From Candidatus Krumholzibacteriia bacterium (GTDB taxonomy: Bacteria > Krumholzibacteriota > Krumholzibacteriia > LZORAL124-64-63): 64,000 bases of DNA. Shown here piece by piece: positions 8,320 through 17,930 of the stretch. The notes below the pieces were generated by a model. The model did not search any database and was not told where the DNA came from. It saw only the letters and a program-made list of their open reading frames with translations. The stretch spans positions 96,001 to 160,000 of the forward strand of contig JBFXKG010000003.1 of assembly GCA_050174015.1 (NCBI GenBank), read 5' to 3'. The position numbers and the translations under genes are program-made. Each line of letters opens with the position of its first letter. The stretch's first letter is position 1.

Positions 8320-10676
8320 TTCAGGCGCACGCGGTTGAATCCCCGGCCCATGAGCGCCGCCCACTGGCGCAAGGAATGGCCCGCGGTTTCCCCGTTATGG
8401 TCGATCCAGCGGGCGATGACCGCCTGGTCCGTTGCCGTTCCTTCCTCGTTGTCCGGTGCGGCGACCGCCCTGGCGGCCAGGGCCGCGACGTAGGGGCTGT
8501 CCACCATTGCGTCGCCTGCGAGGATGCGCTCCGCAAGTTCGCGGGCACGGTCGGTTTGCCCAGCCTGTTGATCCGCGAAGAGGAGCATGAGTTCCTCGTC
8601 CGGTTCGAGACCTCTTCCCCAGAACCCGCCAAGGACTTCCCGGGTGCCTTCGATGTTCCCCAGATCGAGCCTGGCCAGGGCCACCAGCTTGCGCAGGTAG
8701 GGTGAGGGGTTGTCGCGGTAGGTCGACTCCCAGGCTTTGCACAGCTCACCGAGCTGGTCTGGGGTGGTGAAGCCCGCGGCCCCCTTGCCGAGGAATCCCG
8801 TCAATTCCCTTTCGAGATGATCGAGCAGCAGGTCGGGCGGGATCTCGGCCACCACGTCGGGGGGCAGCGTCGCCCCCGGACCGTCGGCCAGGGCCAGGGC
8901 CTCGTGTTCCAGGGGGGAGGAGCCTTCCTCGCGCAAGGCGGCCGCGGCGGTCTGGAGCAGACGGCGGGTATCCTGGTTTTCGGGATCCAGGCGCCAGGCC
9001 CGATCAAGGTCGGCGACCGCCTCCTCGTACTGTTTCATCTGCAGGAAAAGGAGTCCGAGGTTGTAGTGCCCGACGAGGGAACCCGGTTCGATGATCAGTG
9101 CCCTGGTCATGTCCCTCAAGGCCTGGTCGGTGCGACCGAGCCGGGCCAGGGCGATGCCACGCGACCGCCAGGCCACCGCCGCGGTACTGTCCGTTTGGGT
9201 CGATTCGGTCAGATAGGTCAACGCTCGGCCGTACTCTTCCCTGTCCAGAGCCAGGACCCCAAGCAGCAGACTGGTCCGGGCATCGACCATGTCCCTGGTG
9301 CGGAAGGCGTCGCGGGCCGTTTCCAGTTCCTCACGGGCGGCGGCGAGTTTCCCCTGTCTATAGAAGATGCGACCCCGCAGGGCATGACAGACGTCGTGCA
9401 TCAATCCGCGGCGATCGAGGATTTCGAGGGAGTTGAGCGCCTGGCGCGCGGCAGCCAGCTTGCGGTCGGGAAACAGGGCCAGGGACATGATGTCCATCTG
9501 GGCTGCAACATAGGCGATGGGAGACCCGCCCAGATGGAAACCCGAGCCGTAGCTGAGATAGCAAGGAGCTTCGGCAAGGGGGATGCCAAGGACCAGGGGG
9601 CCCATCAGGTGGATGGAATCGGGATAATAGCCCCGGTAGTCACGGACATCGAAGGCCTCGGCGTAATAAAGGGCGAAATCGGGATCTCCGGCCAGTTCCC
9701 CCACCAGGCCGACATCGTTCCAGAATCTGGAATGGTGAGGCAGGCGAACCGATCCGAGCAGGCTTCTGAGGTGGTTGGGGCGGGGGGATTGTTCGCCCTC
9801 CTCGTTCAGGGTGCGCCCCAGGGACTGCAGGGCCTGGCGAGGGCCGTCCCCCGAGAGGCAGGCCTGCGAACGGATCCAGCGGCTGGCGTAGTCTGAAAGG
9901 ACCAGTTCCTGGCCTTCCCTGAAGTCGCCCGGATTGTTGATCGATCCGTACCTGCGGATCTCGAAAGCCGGCAGACGCACCGCCAGGGCCGTGGCTTCGG
10001 AATACCGGCCGGCCCCGGCCAGCAGCAATCCCTTGACCAGCAGAAGGTCGGGATCGCCGTTTTGGAAGACGAGTCCGGTGTTGACGGCAGCAAGCCCTTC
10101 GTTCCAGCGGGCCAGTTCCCTCAGGGCCCAGCAGCGGTCGCGGTGGATCCGCAGAAGGGTAGCGTGATCAAGTGGTCTGCCGGCCTGGGCTTCGACCGTA
10201 GCCGCAGCCAAGGCCTTGTCCAGGTCGGCCAGAGCGCCCGTGCGGTCCCCGATCTCCAGGCGCAGGTGGCCAAGCCCCGCCCAGGCCTCGGCGAAGGTGG
10301 GATCGAGAGCCACGGCGTTTTCGAGCAGCTTGACGCTCTTGGCCAGACCGATGTGGAGTCCGCGGTTGTCCGGGCTTTGCGAGGCGAGGAACAGGGGCAG
10401 GTCACCCCGGGTTCGCCGCACGGCCGCCAGCTGTTCGAACTCCCGCCAGTAGGAAATGATCTCCTCGGCCTGCCGCCGGCGGGCCTCGAGACGGGGTGCC
10501 GGATGATCGAGAGCCTGCTGCAGGGTCCGCTGGAAGGCCAGGCTGTCCCGGGCGGCCGCCCCTTCGATCTTCTGGGGCTCGATCATGGCCAGATTGACCG
10601 GGTCGGGTCCGGTGGGGGCGCAGCCTGGAAAAAATGGGATGGTGCACAGGGAAAGTACCAGAATTCGGACCTTCAT
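8274..10676 (-). CDS. TPR-repeat lipoprotein (~800 aa)
   Basis: ATG at 10676 after GAGGGGG; signal MKVRILVLSLCTIPFFPG-C; TPR motifs (AWAGLGHLRLEIGD, GHYNLGLLFLQMKQYEEA); the 5' part of the 933-aa ORF is a shadow of the antiporter gene. Confidence 0.75.
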   Translation of the reverse strand: MKVRILVLSLCTIPFFPGCAPTGPDPVNLAMIEPQKIEGAAARDSLAFQRTLQQALDHPAPRLEARRRQAEEIISYWREFEQLAAVRRTRGDLPLFLASQSPDNRGLHIGLAKSVKLLENAVALDPTFAEAWAGLGHLRLEIGDRTGALADLDKALAAATVEAQAGRPLDHATLLRIHRDRCWALRELARWNEGLAAVNTGLVFQNGDPDLLLVKGLLLAGAGRYSEATALAVRLPAFEIRRYGSINNPGDFREGQELVLSDYASRWIRSQACLSGDGPRQALQSLGRTLNEEGEQSPRPNHLRSLLGSVRLPHHSRFWNDVGLVGELAGDPDFALYYAEAFDVRDYRGYYPDSIHLMGPLVLGIPLAEAPCYLSYGSGFHLGGSPIAYVAAQMDIMSLALFPDRKLAAARQALNSLEILDRRGLMHDVCHALRGRIFYRQGKLAAAREELETARDAFRTRDMVDARTSLLLGVLALDREEYGRALTYLTESTQTDSTAAVAWRSRGIALARLGRTDQALRDMTRALIIEPGSLVGHYNLGLLFLQMKQYEEAVADLDRAWRLDPENQDTRRLLQTAAAALREEGSSPLEHEALALADGPGATLPPDVVAEIPPDLLLDHLERELTGFLGKGAAGFTTPDQLGELCKAWESTYRDNPSPYLRKLVALARLDLGNIEGTREVLGGFWGRGLEPDEELMLLFADQQAGQTDRARELAERILAGDAMVDSPYVAALAARAVAAPDNEEGTATDQAVIARWIDHNGETAGHSLRQWAALMGRGFNRVRLNYTVPLDDRPSKASR

Positions 10677-10771
10677 CGGCAACCCCCTCGATTGTCGATC
10701 AGGATAGGGGAACCTGGAGCGGTGATGCAAACGACCACCTTCCCGTCGTGAGGGGGGGCGGCCTCGTCCGC

Positions 10772-12094
10772 TCAGGAGGCCGCCCCTTCGGGAACCCCGT
10801 GGAGCAGGCGCCGGACCATCAGGATGAAGACCCCCGTCAGGGCCAGGTTCAGCGCCAGGGAGAGCATGGCCACGGTGACGACGGGGCCGCCGATCCCGTA
10901 GCTCAGGCTCAGCACCAGCACTCCGGCGCCGACCTCGCCGCGGGGCCACATCCCGATGGCCAGGGCCAGGCGGTGCCGCCAGTGGGCCTCCCGCCGGTAG
11001 CAGAACGCCGGGAACATCTTGCCCAGGTTGCTCAGCAGGGTGATCAGGAGCACGTGGACGGCGATCATGCCCCACCCCAGGTTGGGCTGGGAGGCGGTGA
11101 TGGTGCGCGTGTACCGGTCCTCCGGCTTGCCGCCGTGGATGGCCGGGTCGTCGACGGCGGCGCCGGGGGCGGCGGCGTGCAGGGAGGGGAGGTCGGGAGC
11201 CGGATGCTGGGCGTCCGGGCCGTTGAAGATGGCGGGCATGCTCAATCCCACCAGCACCATGAAGGCGGCGGAGATGACGGTCGCCGCCCGCTGCTCGCCG
11301 GGGCGCTCCAGGACGTGATGGAGGGCGCGCTCGACGTCCGCGGCATCCTCCCCGGGAGCCGAACCGCGCGGGCGGGCCAGGCAGCCGATCACGAAGGCGG
11401 GCAACAGGACCTCGATGTGGATGGGCACCGAGGGATCGATGATCTTGCTGCCGGCGTAGAGGATCTCGCTGACGGCGACGATCATGGCGGCGTAGCCCAG
11501 CACCCAGCCCCAGGTGACGGGCATCCGGACCCGGTGCAGCCAGACGTAGGCCACGACCAGCTGGACCGCCATGATGACCGCGATGAAGCCCAGCTGCCAG
11601 GCCAGCCCCACCATCATCATCTTCGGGGGGATCATCAGCAGGACGGTGTCCAGATCGTCGAAGATGGCCAGGACCCGGGCCTTGCGGAACAGCCAGGTGG
11701 CGCCAAGCCCCGCAGCCGCCAGCATGCTGAACAGCACGCCGGCCGAGGTGGGCGCGGCGAAGCGGCCCGCCAGCAGGGTCTCCTTCCAGGTGTCGGCGCT
11801 GCTCCAGAACTCCTGGGGAATCATGACCAGGACGAAGTACCCCGTGACCAGGATCCAGGGGAACGAGGCGGCGGTGAAGGCCACGACGTAATCCCAGCCG
11901 TAGGAACCGAGTCTGCTCTTGTCGATGTGGAACTCGAATCCCACGTGGATCATGATGAATGCGAGCCCCGTCATGGTCAGGACGCGGACCAGGAAGGAGA
12001 ACCCGTCATGCGTCCCGCCCAGCAGGGAGGGCAGGGCCTGGGACAGGGCCAGCCCGACGAACAGCAGGATGGAGTAGAGCAAGACCTTCTTCAT
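10772..12094 (-). CDS. Cation/H+ exchanger-like (sodium:proton antiporter) membrane protein
   Basis: Many hydrophobic helices; APTSAG, IFDDLD and MWPRGEVG motifs characteristic of the CPA fold; GGAGG RBS. Confidence 0.75.
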   Translation of the reverse strand: MKKVLLYSILLFVGLALSQALPSLLGGTHDGFSFLVRVLTMTGLAFIMIHVGFEFHIDKSRLGSYGWDYVVAFTAASFPWILVTGYFVLVMIPQEFWSSADTWKETLLAGRFAAPTSAGVLFSMLAAAGLGATWLFRKARVLAIFDDLDTVLLMIPPKMMMVGLAWQLGFIAVIMAVQLVVAYVWLHRVRMPVTWGWVLGYAAMIVAVSEILYAGSKIIDPSVPIHIEVLLPAFVIGCLARPRGSAPGEDAADVERALHHVLERPGEQRAATVISAAFMVLVGLSMPAIFNGPDAQHPAPDLPSLHAAAPGAAVDDPAIHGGKPEDRYTRTITASQPNLGWGMIAVHVLLITLLSNLGKMFPAFCYRREAHWRHRLALAIGMWPRGEVGAGVLVLSLSYGIGGPVVTVAMLSLALNLALTGVFILMVRRLLHGVPEGAAS

Positions 12095-12109
12095 GCGGTC
12101 GAACCTCCG

Positions 12110-12739
12110 TCAGGGGGCGGCCGGCAGGCCGTCGAAGAAATCCACCAATCCGGTTTCGAGGGAGTATTCCGCCCCGACGACCACCAGGCCCTCCTCGCGG
12201 ATCAACTGCTCGAGGATCGCCGATCCGTGCCGCAGGTGATCGGCGGAAGCGCGCACGTTGGCGCGGATGACGAGGTCGGCCAGCCGGTCGGAGTCGTCCC
12301 CGAGTTCGGCCAGGGGGATGGACTCCACCACCGGCATGATGCGGCTGACGATGGAGCGGAGGTTGGGGGAACGGGTCTCGGTGGGCCGGCCGAGTTCCTC
12401 CAGGGTCGCCTGGACGGCCCCGCAGCGGGTGTGGCCCAGCACCACCACCAGCCGGGTGCCGTAACGGGCTGCCGCGAACTCGATGCTGCCGACCTGGGAG
12501 GGGGCGACGATGTTGCCCGCCACCCGGATCACGAACAGGTCGCCCAGTCCCTGGTCGAACACAAGTTCCGCAGGAACGCGCGAATCGGAGCAGCCCAGGA
12601 TGATGGCGAAGGGCTCCTGGCCGTCCAGGAGCTCGTCCCGGCGGGCGGGGGTGGCGGGCGACCGGCGTTTCGGCGCGCCCGAAACGAAACGCCGGTTTCC
12701 ATCCCGGAGTCTTGACAGGGCATCTGCAGCAGTGATCAT
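12110..12739 (-). CDS. Beta-class carbonic anhydrase
   Basis: GNxRF, CSDSRV, RVAGN and GHTRCGAV zinc-ligand motifs. Confidence 0.95.
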   Translation of the reverse strand: MITAADALSRLRDGNRRFVSGAPKRRSPATPARRDELLDGQEPFAIILGCSDSRVPAELVFDQGLGDLFVIRVAGNIVAPSQVGSIEFAAARYGTRLVVVLGHTRCGAVQATLEELGRPTETRSPNLRSIVSRIMPVVESIPLAELGDDSDRLADLVIRANVRASADHLRHGSAILEQLIREEGLVVVGAEYSLETGLVDFFDGLPAAP

Positions 12740-12940
12740 CGGGTCGGCTCCCGGAAGCGGAGGTGGGGTGGGAAATTATCTTTGAGCATTAAATACCAAT
12801 TCGAGTCCTCCCGCCAACCATTCGCCGGAATTTTGATCAGACTCCTGGATCTTGCGGCAGGGGGCTCAAAAAAAAGAGCATTGCTTGAAATTTGATCAAT
12901 AATTGGAGACAAGGTTCACGAAAATGTGAATGTAAAGGTC

Positions 12941-12970
12941 TTGTGACGGCATTTTGAGCCCTGATAGACT
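12941..12970 (+). promoter_or_regulatory. Putative sigma70 promoter for the S8 peptidase gene
   Basis: TTGTGA-N18-TAGACT with extended -10 TGn, in an AT-rich intergenic region. Confidence 0.45.
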
Positions 12971-13156
12971 CAGCCTTGGCTGGACAGGGTCGACCGACGG
13001 CCTTCCAGCCGCAGCTTCACCCGCTGCGACCATCATACCCGTTCGGAACAGCATCGACCAAGGAGGTGGCCATCGGCTGTGGCGGCTACGTGCTGCCGCA
13101 GGCCTCAGGGTTTTCTGTTTTTCTCGCCGACCAGAAAACAAACCGAGGGAGTAGAC

Positions 13157-16100
13157 ATGATAAGAATGACCAACGCACGCCTCGGCGTGCTCGTCCTGGT
13201 ATCCATGATCCTGGCGGCAGGTGCGGCCATGGCGCAGGAACCGGGAGCGCTTCGTCCCTTCGCACCGGTCCAGGAAGGGTTCGCGCCCTCCGCCCCCCAC
13301 GAACTTCCCTACCATCCCGAGCGTATCCTAATCAAGTTCAAGTCCGAATCCCTCGAGGGGTCCGGTCTCGACATCGCCCAGGAGAAAGGGGCCCTCGTAC
13401 CCGGCGCCCGCACGGGGATCGTCTCGGTGGACGCCCTGTGTGACGCGGCCGGGGTCAAGCGCATCAGCCGTCCCTGGATCGCCGTGAAGAAGGCCAACCT
13501 GGCCAACGAACTGGGTCTGGACCTGTGGTACATGCTGGAGACCGACGGGGGCCAGGATGCCCTGGATCTCGCCCGACGATTCTCACGCGATCCCAGCGTC
13601 GCCGAGGCGACCGTCGACTGGCGGGCCTTCCCCGCCGCGGTGCCCAGTGATCCCATGCACTACCTGAACTGGGGCCACAACAACACCGCCCAGATGCTCA
13701 GCTACGACTGGTCCACCCACAGCCACGAGAACGGATCGCCGGTGGGCACCGTGGGCTTCGACGCCAACGCCCATGCCGCCTGGGACAACGCCCAGGGCTA
13801 TGGCAACAGCGGCATCGTCGTCGCCATCATCGACAGCGGCGTGGAGGCGGGGCATCCCGACCTGCGCCAGGTCGCGGGCTACGACTACGGCGACAACGAT
13901 TCCAATGCCGACGACAACTCCTCCAGCCCCGGCCACGGCACCGCCTGTGCCGGCGTGGCCGCCGCCATGGTGAACAACGGCCTGGGGACCGCCGGCGTCG
14001 CCGGCGGTTGCAGCATCATGCCCCTGAAGGTGGCCAACAGCGCCGGCTCGATGTACTTCTCGTCCATCCAGAACGCCCTGTACCATGCCGCGGACAACGG
14101 CGCGGAAATCGCAAGCATGAGCCTCGGCGCCGCCATCAGTTCCGACTCGGCCACCGACGCCGCCCTGGCCTACGCGTACAACGCGGGGGTGACCCTGCTG
14201 GCCGCCACCGGCAACGAGAACGCCTCGACGATCAGCTATCCGGCCATCAACCAGTACGTGATCGCCGTCGGCGCCGCCTCGCCCTGCGGTGACCGCAAGC
14301 GGTCATCCAGCAGCAGCACCGAGGTGAACCCCGGCGTGAGCACGGACCCCAACGGGTACACCTGCGATGGGGAGCGCTGGTGGGGATCCAACTACGGGAC
14401 GACGACCCAGGGCGCCGCCTCCGCCGTGGACGTCATCGCTCCGACGATCCTGCCGACCACCGACCTGCTGGGATCGGCTGGCTATGACAGCAGCGACTAC
14501 AGCAAGTGGTTCAACGGCACGTCGTGCGCGACGCCGTACGCCGCGGGCGTTGCCGCCCTGGTCAAGGCGGGCAATCCGTCGTTCACCCCGGCCCAGATCC
14601 GCGACCGCCTCCGCAGCACCGCGCAGGACATCGTCAACGTGGAATCCGGTTCGGGCTGGGACCGCTACACCGGCTACGGCATGATCGACGCGGCGGCGGC
14701 CACCGGCGGCGGCACCACGCCCACCGACGCGCTGACGGTGACCTATCCCGACGGCGGCGAGACCCTCACCGCAGGGGACGTGGCCACCATCACCTGGAGC
14801 TGGACGGGCACCTTCACCACCGTCGCCATCGAGTACAGCCTCAACGGCGGTTCGACCTGGTCGTTCATCACGTCCTCGACCACCAACGACGGCTCCTACG
14901 GCTGGACCGTCCCGACCAGCGCGACCACCCAGGCGCGGATCCGCATCACCGGCGGCACCGCCCAGGACGCGAGCGACAGCAACTTCACCATCGACGTGCC
15001 CTCGGCCGGCGGTTACGCCACCCTGCCCTACAGCGCGGGCTTCGAGGGGGGCGCCGTCGACCAGTACTGGACCACCGCATCGACCAACGTGGGCCGGGTC
15101 CTGGTCACGACGGCCAACACGCCCCATGGCGGCAGCTACCACCTGACCATGGACAGCGCCACCAACGGCACCTACTGCCTGAACGAGGCCTGGCTGCACC
15201 TGGACCTCTCGGGCCAGAGCCAGGTCGAACTCGCCTTCTGGTGGAAGGATTTCGGGGACGAGACCCACAGCCAGGACGGGGTGTACTTCTCGAGCAACGG
15301 CGGCAGCACGTTCGTCAAGGTCCAGGACCTCAACGGCGCCAGCTACTCGAACAACGTCTGGCGCCAGTTCGCCCTGGACGTGGACGCCCTGGCGGCGGCC
15401 AACGGTCTGTCGCTGAGCGGCACCTTCGTGGTGAAGTTCCAGCAGTACGACAACTACCAGATCGCCACCGACGGCTTCGCCTTCGACGACGTCAGCGTGG
15501 CCGGATCGACGCCGCCCGCCGACGCCGTGACTGTGACCTACCCCAACGGCGGGGAGACCCTGACCGGCGGCGGATCGGCCAACATCACCTGGACCTCCGC
15601 GGGCACGTTCACCACCGTGAACATCGACTACTCGACCAACGGCGGCACGAGCTGGACCTCGATCGTGACCGGGACGGCCAACGACGGTTCGTACACCTGG
15701 TCGGTGCCGGCAGCGGCCACGACCCAGGGCCGCGTCCGGGTCTCCGGAGGATCGGTCAGCGACACGAGCAACGCGAATTTCACCATCGAGTACAGCCCGC
15801 CCACCGGCGACTACGCCACCCTGCCCTACAGCACGGGCTTCGAGGGCGGAGCGGTCGACCAGTACTGGACCACCGCCTCCACGGCCGTGGGCCGGGTCCT
15901 GGTGACGACGTCCTACACGCCTCACGGCGGCAGCTACCACCTGACGATGGACAGCGCCACCAACGGCACCTACAGCCTGAACGAGGCCGTGCTGCACCTG
16001 GACCTGGCCGGCGAGTCCCAGGTCGACCTTTCCTTCTGGTGGAAGGAATTCGGCGACGAGACCCACAGCCAGGACGGGGTTTACTTCTCGGACAACGACG

Positions 16101-16990
16101 GCGCCAGCTACGTCAAGGTCCAGAACCTCAACGGCGCCAGCTACAGCAACCAGACCTGGAACCAGTTCACCCTGGACGTCGACGCGCTGGCGGCGGCAAA
16201 CGGCCTGACCCTCGGTTCGACCTTCCTGGTGAAGTTCCAGCAGTACGACAACTACGTCATCTCCACCGACGGGTTCGCGTTCGACGACGTCTCGGTGACG
16301 GTGGGCGGCGGCGGAGGCGGCGGATCGGCCATCACCGCCGAGACCGAACCCAACGGCAACACCGCCTCGTCGAACGGGCCCGTCGGCGACGGCGTGGCCG
16401 TGAGCGGGGCCCTGACCTCGAGCACGGACGACGATTACTTCTGGTTCGACGTCACCACCGCCGGGAACATCAACATCAGCGTGGCCATCGGCGGCAGCGC
16501 CGACCTCGACTGGTACCTGTACAACAGCGCCGGCACCCAGGTGGATCGCGGCTATACGGTCAGCAATCCGGAAGCGGGCAGCTACACCGCCTCGGTGGGG
16601 CGCTATTACCTGCGGGTCGATGGTTACCTCGGAGCCACCAGCAGCTACACCTTGACCGTGACGGGCGGCCTGGCGCCCCTGGCCGAGGCTCCGGAAAAGG
16701 TCGATCTGCCCCGGGCCTTCAGCCTGAAGCAGAACGCGCCGAACCCGTTCAACCCGGCGACGACCATCAGGTTCGACATCCCGAAGACCAGCCCGGTCAA
16801 GCTGTGCATCTACGACCAGCGGGGCCGCCTGGTGCGGACCCTGGTGGACCAGGTGATGCCCGCCGGGTCCCAGTCGGTGATGTGGAACGGCCTGGATGAC
16901 GCCGGACGGCGGGTCACCTCGGGCGTCTACCTGTACCTGATCCAGGCGGACGGATTCCGCGACACGAAGAAGATGACCCTCTTGAAGTAG
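13157..16990 (+). CDS. Secreted S8 (subtilisin-like) serine peptidase with duplicated beta-sandwich modules, PPC-like domain and FlgD-Ig/T9SS-like CTD
   Basis: GAGGGAG RBS + ATG 13157; signal peptide; catalytic IIDSG, HGTACAG and NGTSCATP; C-terminal LKQNAPNPFNPATTI...SGVYLY...KKMTLLK. Confidence 0.92.
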   Translation: MIRMTNARLGVLVLVSMILAAGAAMAQEPGALRPFAPVQEGFAPSAPHELPYHPERILIKFKSESLEGSGLDIAQEKGALVPGARTGIVSVDALCDAAGVKRISRPWIAVKKANLANELGLDLWYMLETDGGQDALDLARRFSRDPSVAEATVDWRAFPAAVPSDPMHYLNWGHNNTAQMLSYDWSTHSHENGSPVGTVGFDANAHAAWDNAQGYGNSGIVVAIIDSGVEAGHPDLRQVAGYDYGDNDSNADDNSSSPGHGTACAGVAAAMVNNGLGTAGVAGGCSIMPLKVANSAGSMYFSSIQNALYHAADNGAEIASMSLGAAISSDSATDAALAYAYNAGVTLLAATGNENASTISYPAINQYVIAVGAASPCGDRKRSSSSSTEVNPGVSTDPNGYTCDGERWWGSNYGTTTQGAASAVDVIAPTILPTTDLLGSAGYDSSDYSKWFNGTSCATPYAAGVAALVKAGNPSFTPAQIRDRLRSTAQDIVNVESGSGWDRYTGYGMIDAAAATGGGTTPTDALTVTYPDGGETLTAGDVATITWSWTGTFTTVAIEYSLNGGSTWSFITSSTTNDGSYGWTVPTSATTQARIRITGGTAQDASDSNFTIDVPSAGGYATLPYSAGFEGGAVDQYWTTASTNVGRVLVTTANTPHGGSYHLTMDSATNGTYCLNEAWLHLDLSGQSQVELAFWWKDFGDETHSQDGVYFSSNGGSTFVKVQDLNGASYSNNVWRQFALDVDALAAANGLSLSGTFVVKFQQYDNYQIATDGFAFDDVSVAGSTPPADAVTVTYPNGGETLTGGGSANITWTSAGTFTTVNIDYSTNGGTSWTSIVTGTANDGSYTWSVPAAATTQGRVRVSGGSVSDTSNANFTIEYSPPTGDYATLPYSTGFEGGAVDQYWTTASTAVGRVLVTTSYTPHGGSYHLTMDSATNGTYSLNEAVLHLDLAGESQVDLSFWWKEFGDETHSQDGVYFSDNDGASYVKVQNLNGASYSNQTWNQFTLDVDALAAANGLTLGSTFLVKFQQYDNYVISTDGFAFDDVSVTVGGGGGGGSAITAETEPNGNTASSNGPVGDGVAVSGALTSSTDDDYFWFDVTTAGNINISVAIGGSADLDWYLYNSAGTQVDRGYTVSNPEAGSYTASVGRYYLRVDGYLGATSSYTLTVTGGLAPLAEAPEKVDLPRAFSLKQNAPNPFNPATTIRFDIPKTSPVKLCIYDQRGRLVRTLVDQVMPAGSQSVMWNGLDDAGRRVTSGVYLYLIQADGFRDTKKMTLLK
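14726..16297 (+). repeat. Intragenic tandem duplication, ~795-nt (265-aa) period
   Basis: Copies start at 14726 (DALTVTYPDGGETLT) and 15521 (DAVTVTYPNGGETLT) and share long identical runs such as PHGGSYHLTMDSATNGTY and FGDETHSQDGVYFS. Confidence 0.9.
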
Positions 16991-17012
16991 AGGCTTCGAC
17001 GAGCCTCGCCCG

Positions 17013-17052
17013 CGGCCGCCGCGTTCCCCCGGGGATGCGGCGGCTGTGTTTC
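17013..17052 (+). terminator. Putative intrinsic terminator after the S8 gene
   Basis: GC-rich stem CGGCCGCCGCGTTCC / GGGATGCGGCGGCTG (with G-U pairs) followed by TGTTTC. Confidence 0.55.
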
Positions 17053-17150
17053 AGCCGGATGGCGGCAATGCGGGAATCATTGCCTCATGACTCGCCGCGG
17101 GTGTACCATGGGTTCTCCGGTTACCTTGCACTCCAACCGCTCGAGGCGCC

Positions 17151-17765
17151 ATGAACCGAACGCACCGGTTCCGTGCAGGGATCGCCCTTGCGACCCTCGT
17201 CCTATTCTCGTCCGTGAACGCCTTTTCCGGCGATTCCCTCGAGGATCCTGCGACCGCCCTGATCATCGTCGACATCCAGGACTTCTACTTCCCGGGGGGC
17301 GCCCTGCCGCTTGTCGATCCGGAGCCCGCGGCGGCCGCCGCAGCTCGCGTGCTGGACAGGTTCCGGGACCACGGACAGCCCGTCGTTCACGTCGGACACA
17401 ACGCACCGCGCGGCAAGGGGTTCTACGATGCTGTAGCTCCCCTGCCGGGAGAGATGCTGATCTTCAAGGACGAGGTCAACGCCTTCAAGGGCACGGCGCT
17501 GGAGTTCTGGCTGAGGGAGCAGCGGATCAGGCGGGTCGTGATCTGCGGCATGCAGACCCACATGTGCGCCGAGGCCGCCGTTCGCGAGGCATCGGACCTG
17601 GGCTTCGAGGTCGTCATGATCGCGGACGCCTGCGCCACCCGGGACCTGACCTTCGGCGACCGCACGGTTCCGGCGGCCGCGGTCCACGCCGCGACCCTGG
17701 CCACCCTGGACCGGGTCTACGCCACGGTGATGACGGCGGACGAGTTCCTGGCGGCCCATCCCTGA
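17151..17765 (+). CDS. Cysteine hydrolase (isochorismatase family) with signal peptide
   Basis: ALIIVDIQ, K..NAFKGT.L and GMQTHMC (Asp-Lys-Cys triad); N-terminal signal peptide ending VNA. Confidence 0.88.
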   Translation: MNRTHRFRAGIALATLVLFSSVNAFSGDSLEDPATALIIVDIQDFYFPGGALPLVDPEPAAAAAARVLDRFRDHGQPVVHVGHNAPRGKGFYDAVAPLPGEMLIFKDEVNAFKGTALEFWLREQRIRRVVICGMQTHMCAEAAVREASDLGFEVVMIADACATRDLTFGDRTVPAAAVHAATLATLDRVYATVMTADEFLAAHP

Positions 17766-17930
17766 TCGGTGTCCGCTGCGTCCGGGGCGCTGCCGACGGG
17801 ATATTCCGTTCCCCGTCCCCACGCACCCTGTGCTAGGATTCCCGGACCGGCCGGCGGGTTGTTCCCCGGCCGCTTTCACGATCCCGGGGGACCGGGTGGG
17901 CAGGGGACGGTGCGGAACAGGGAGGGGACC

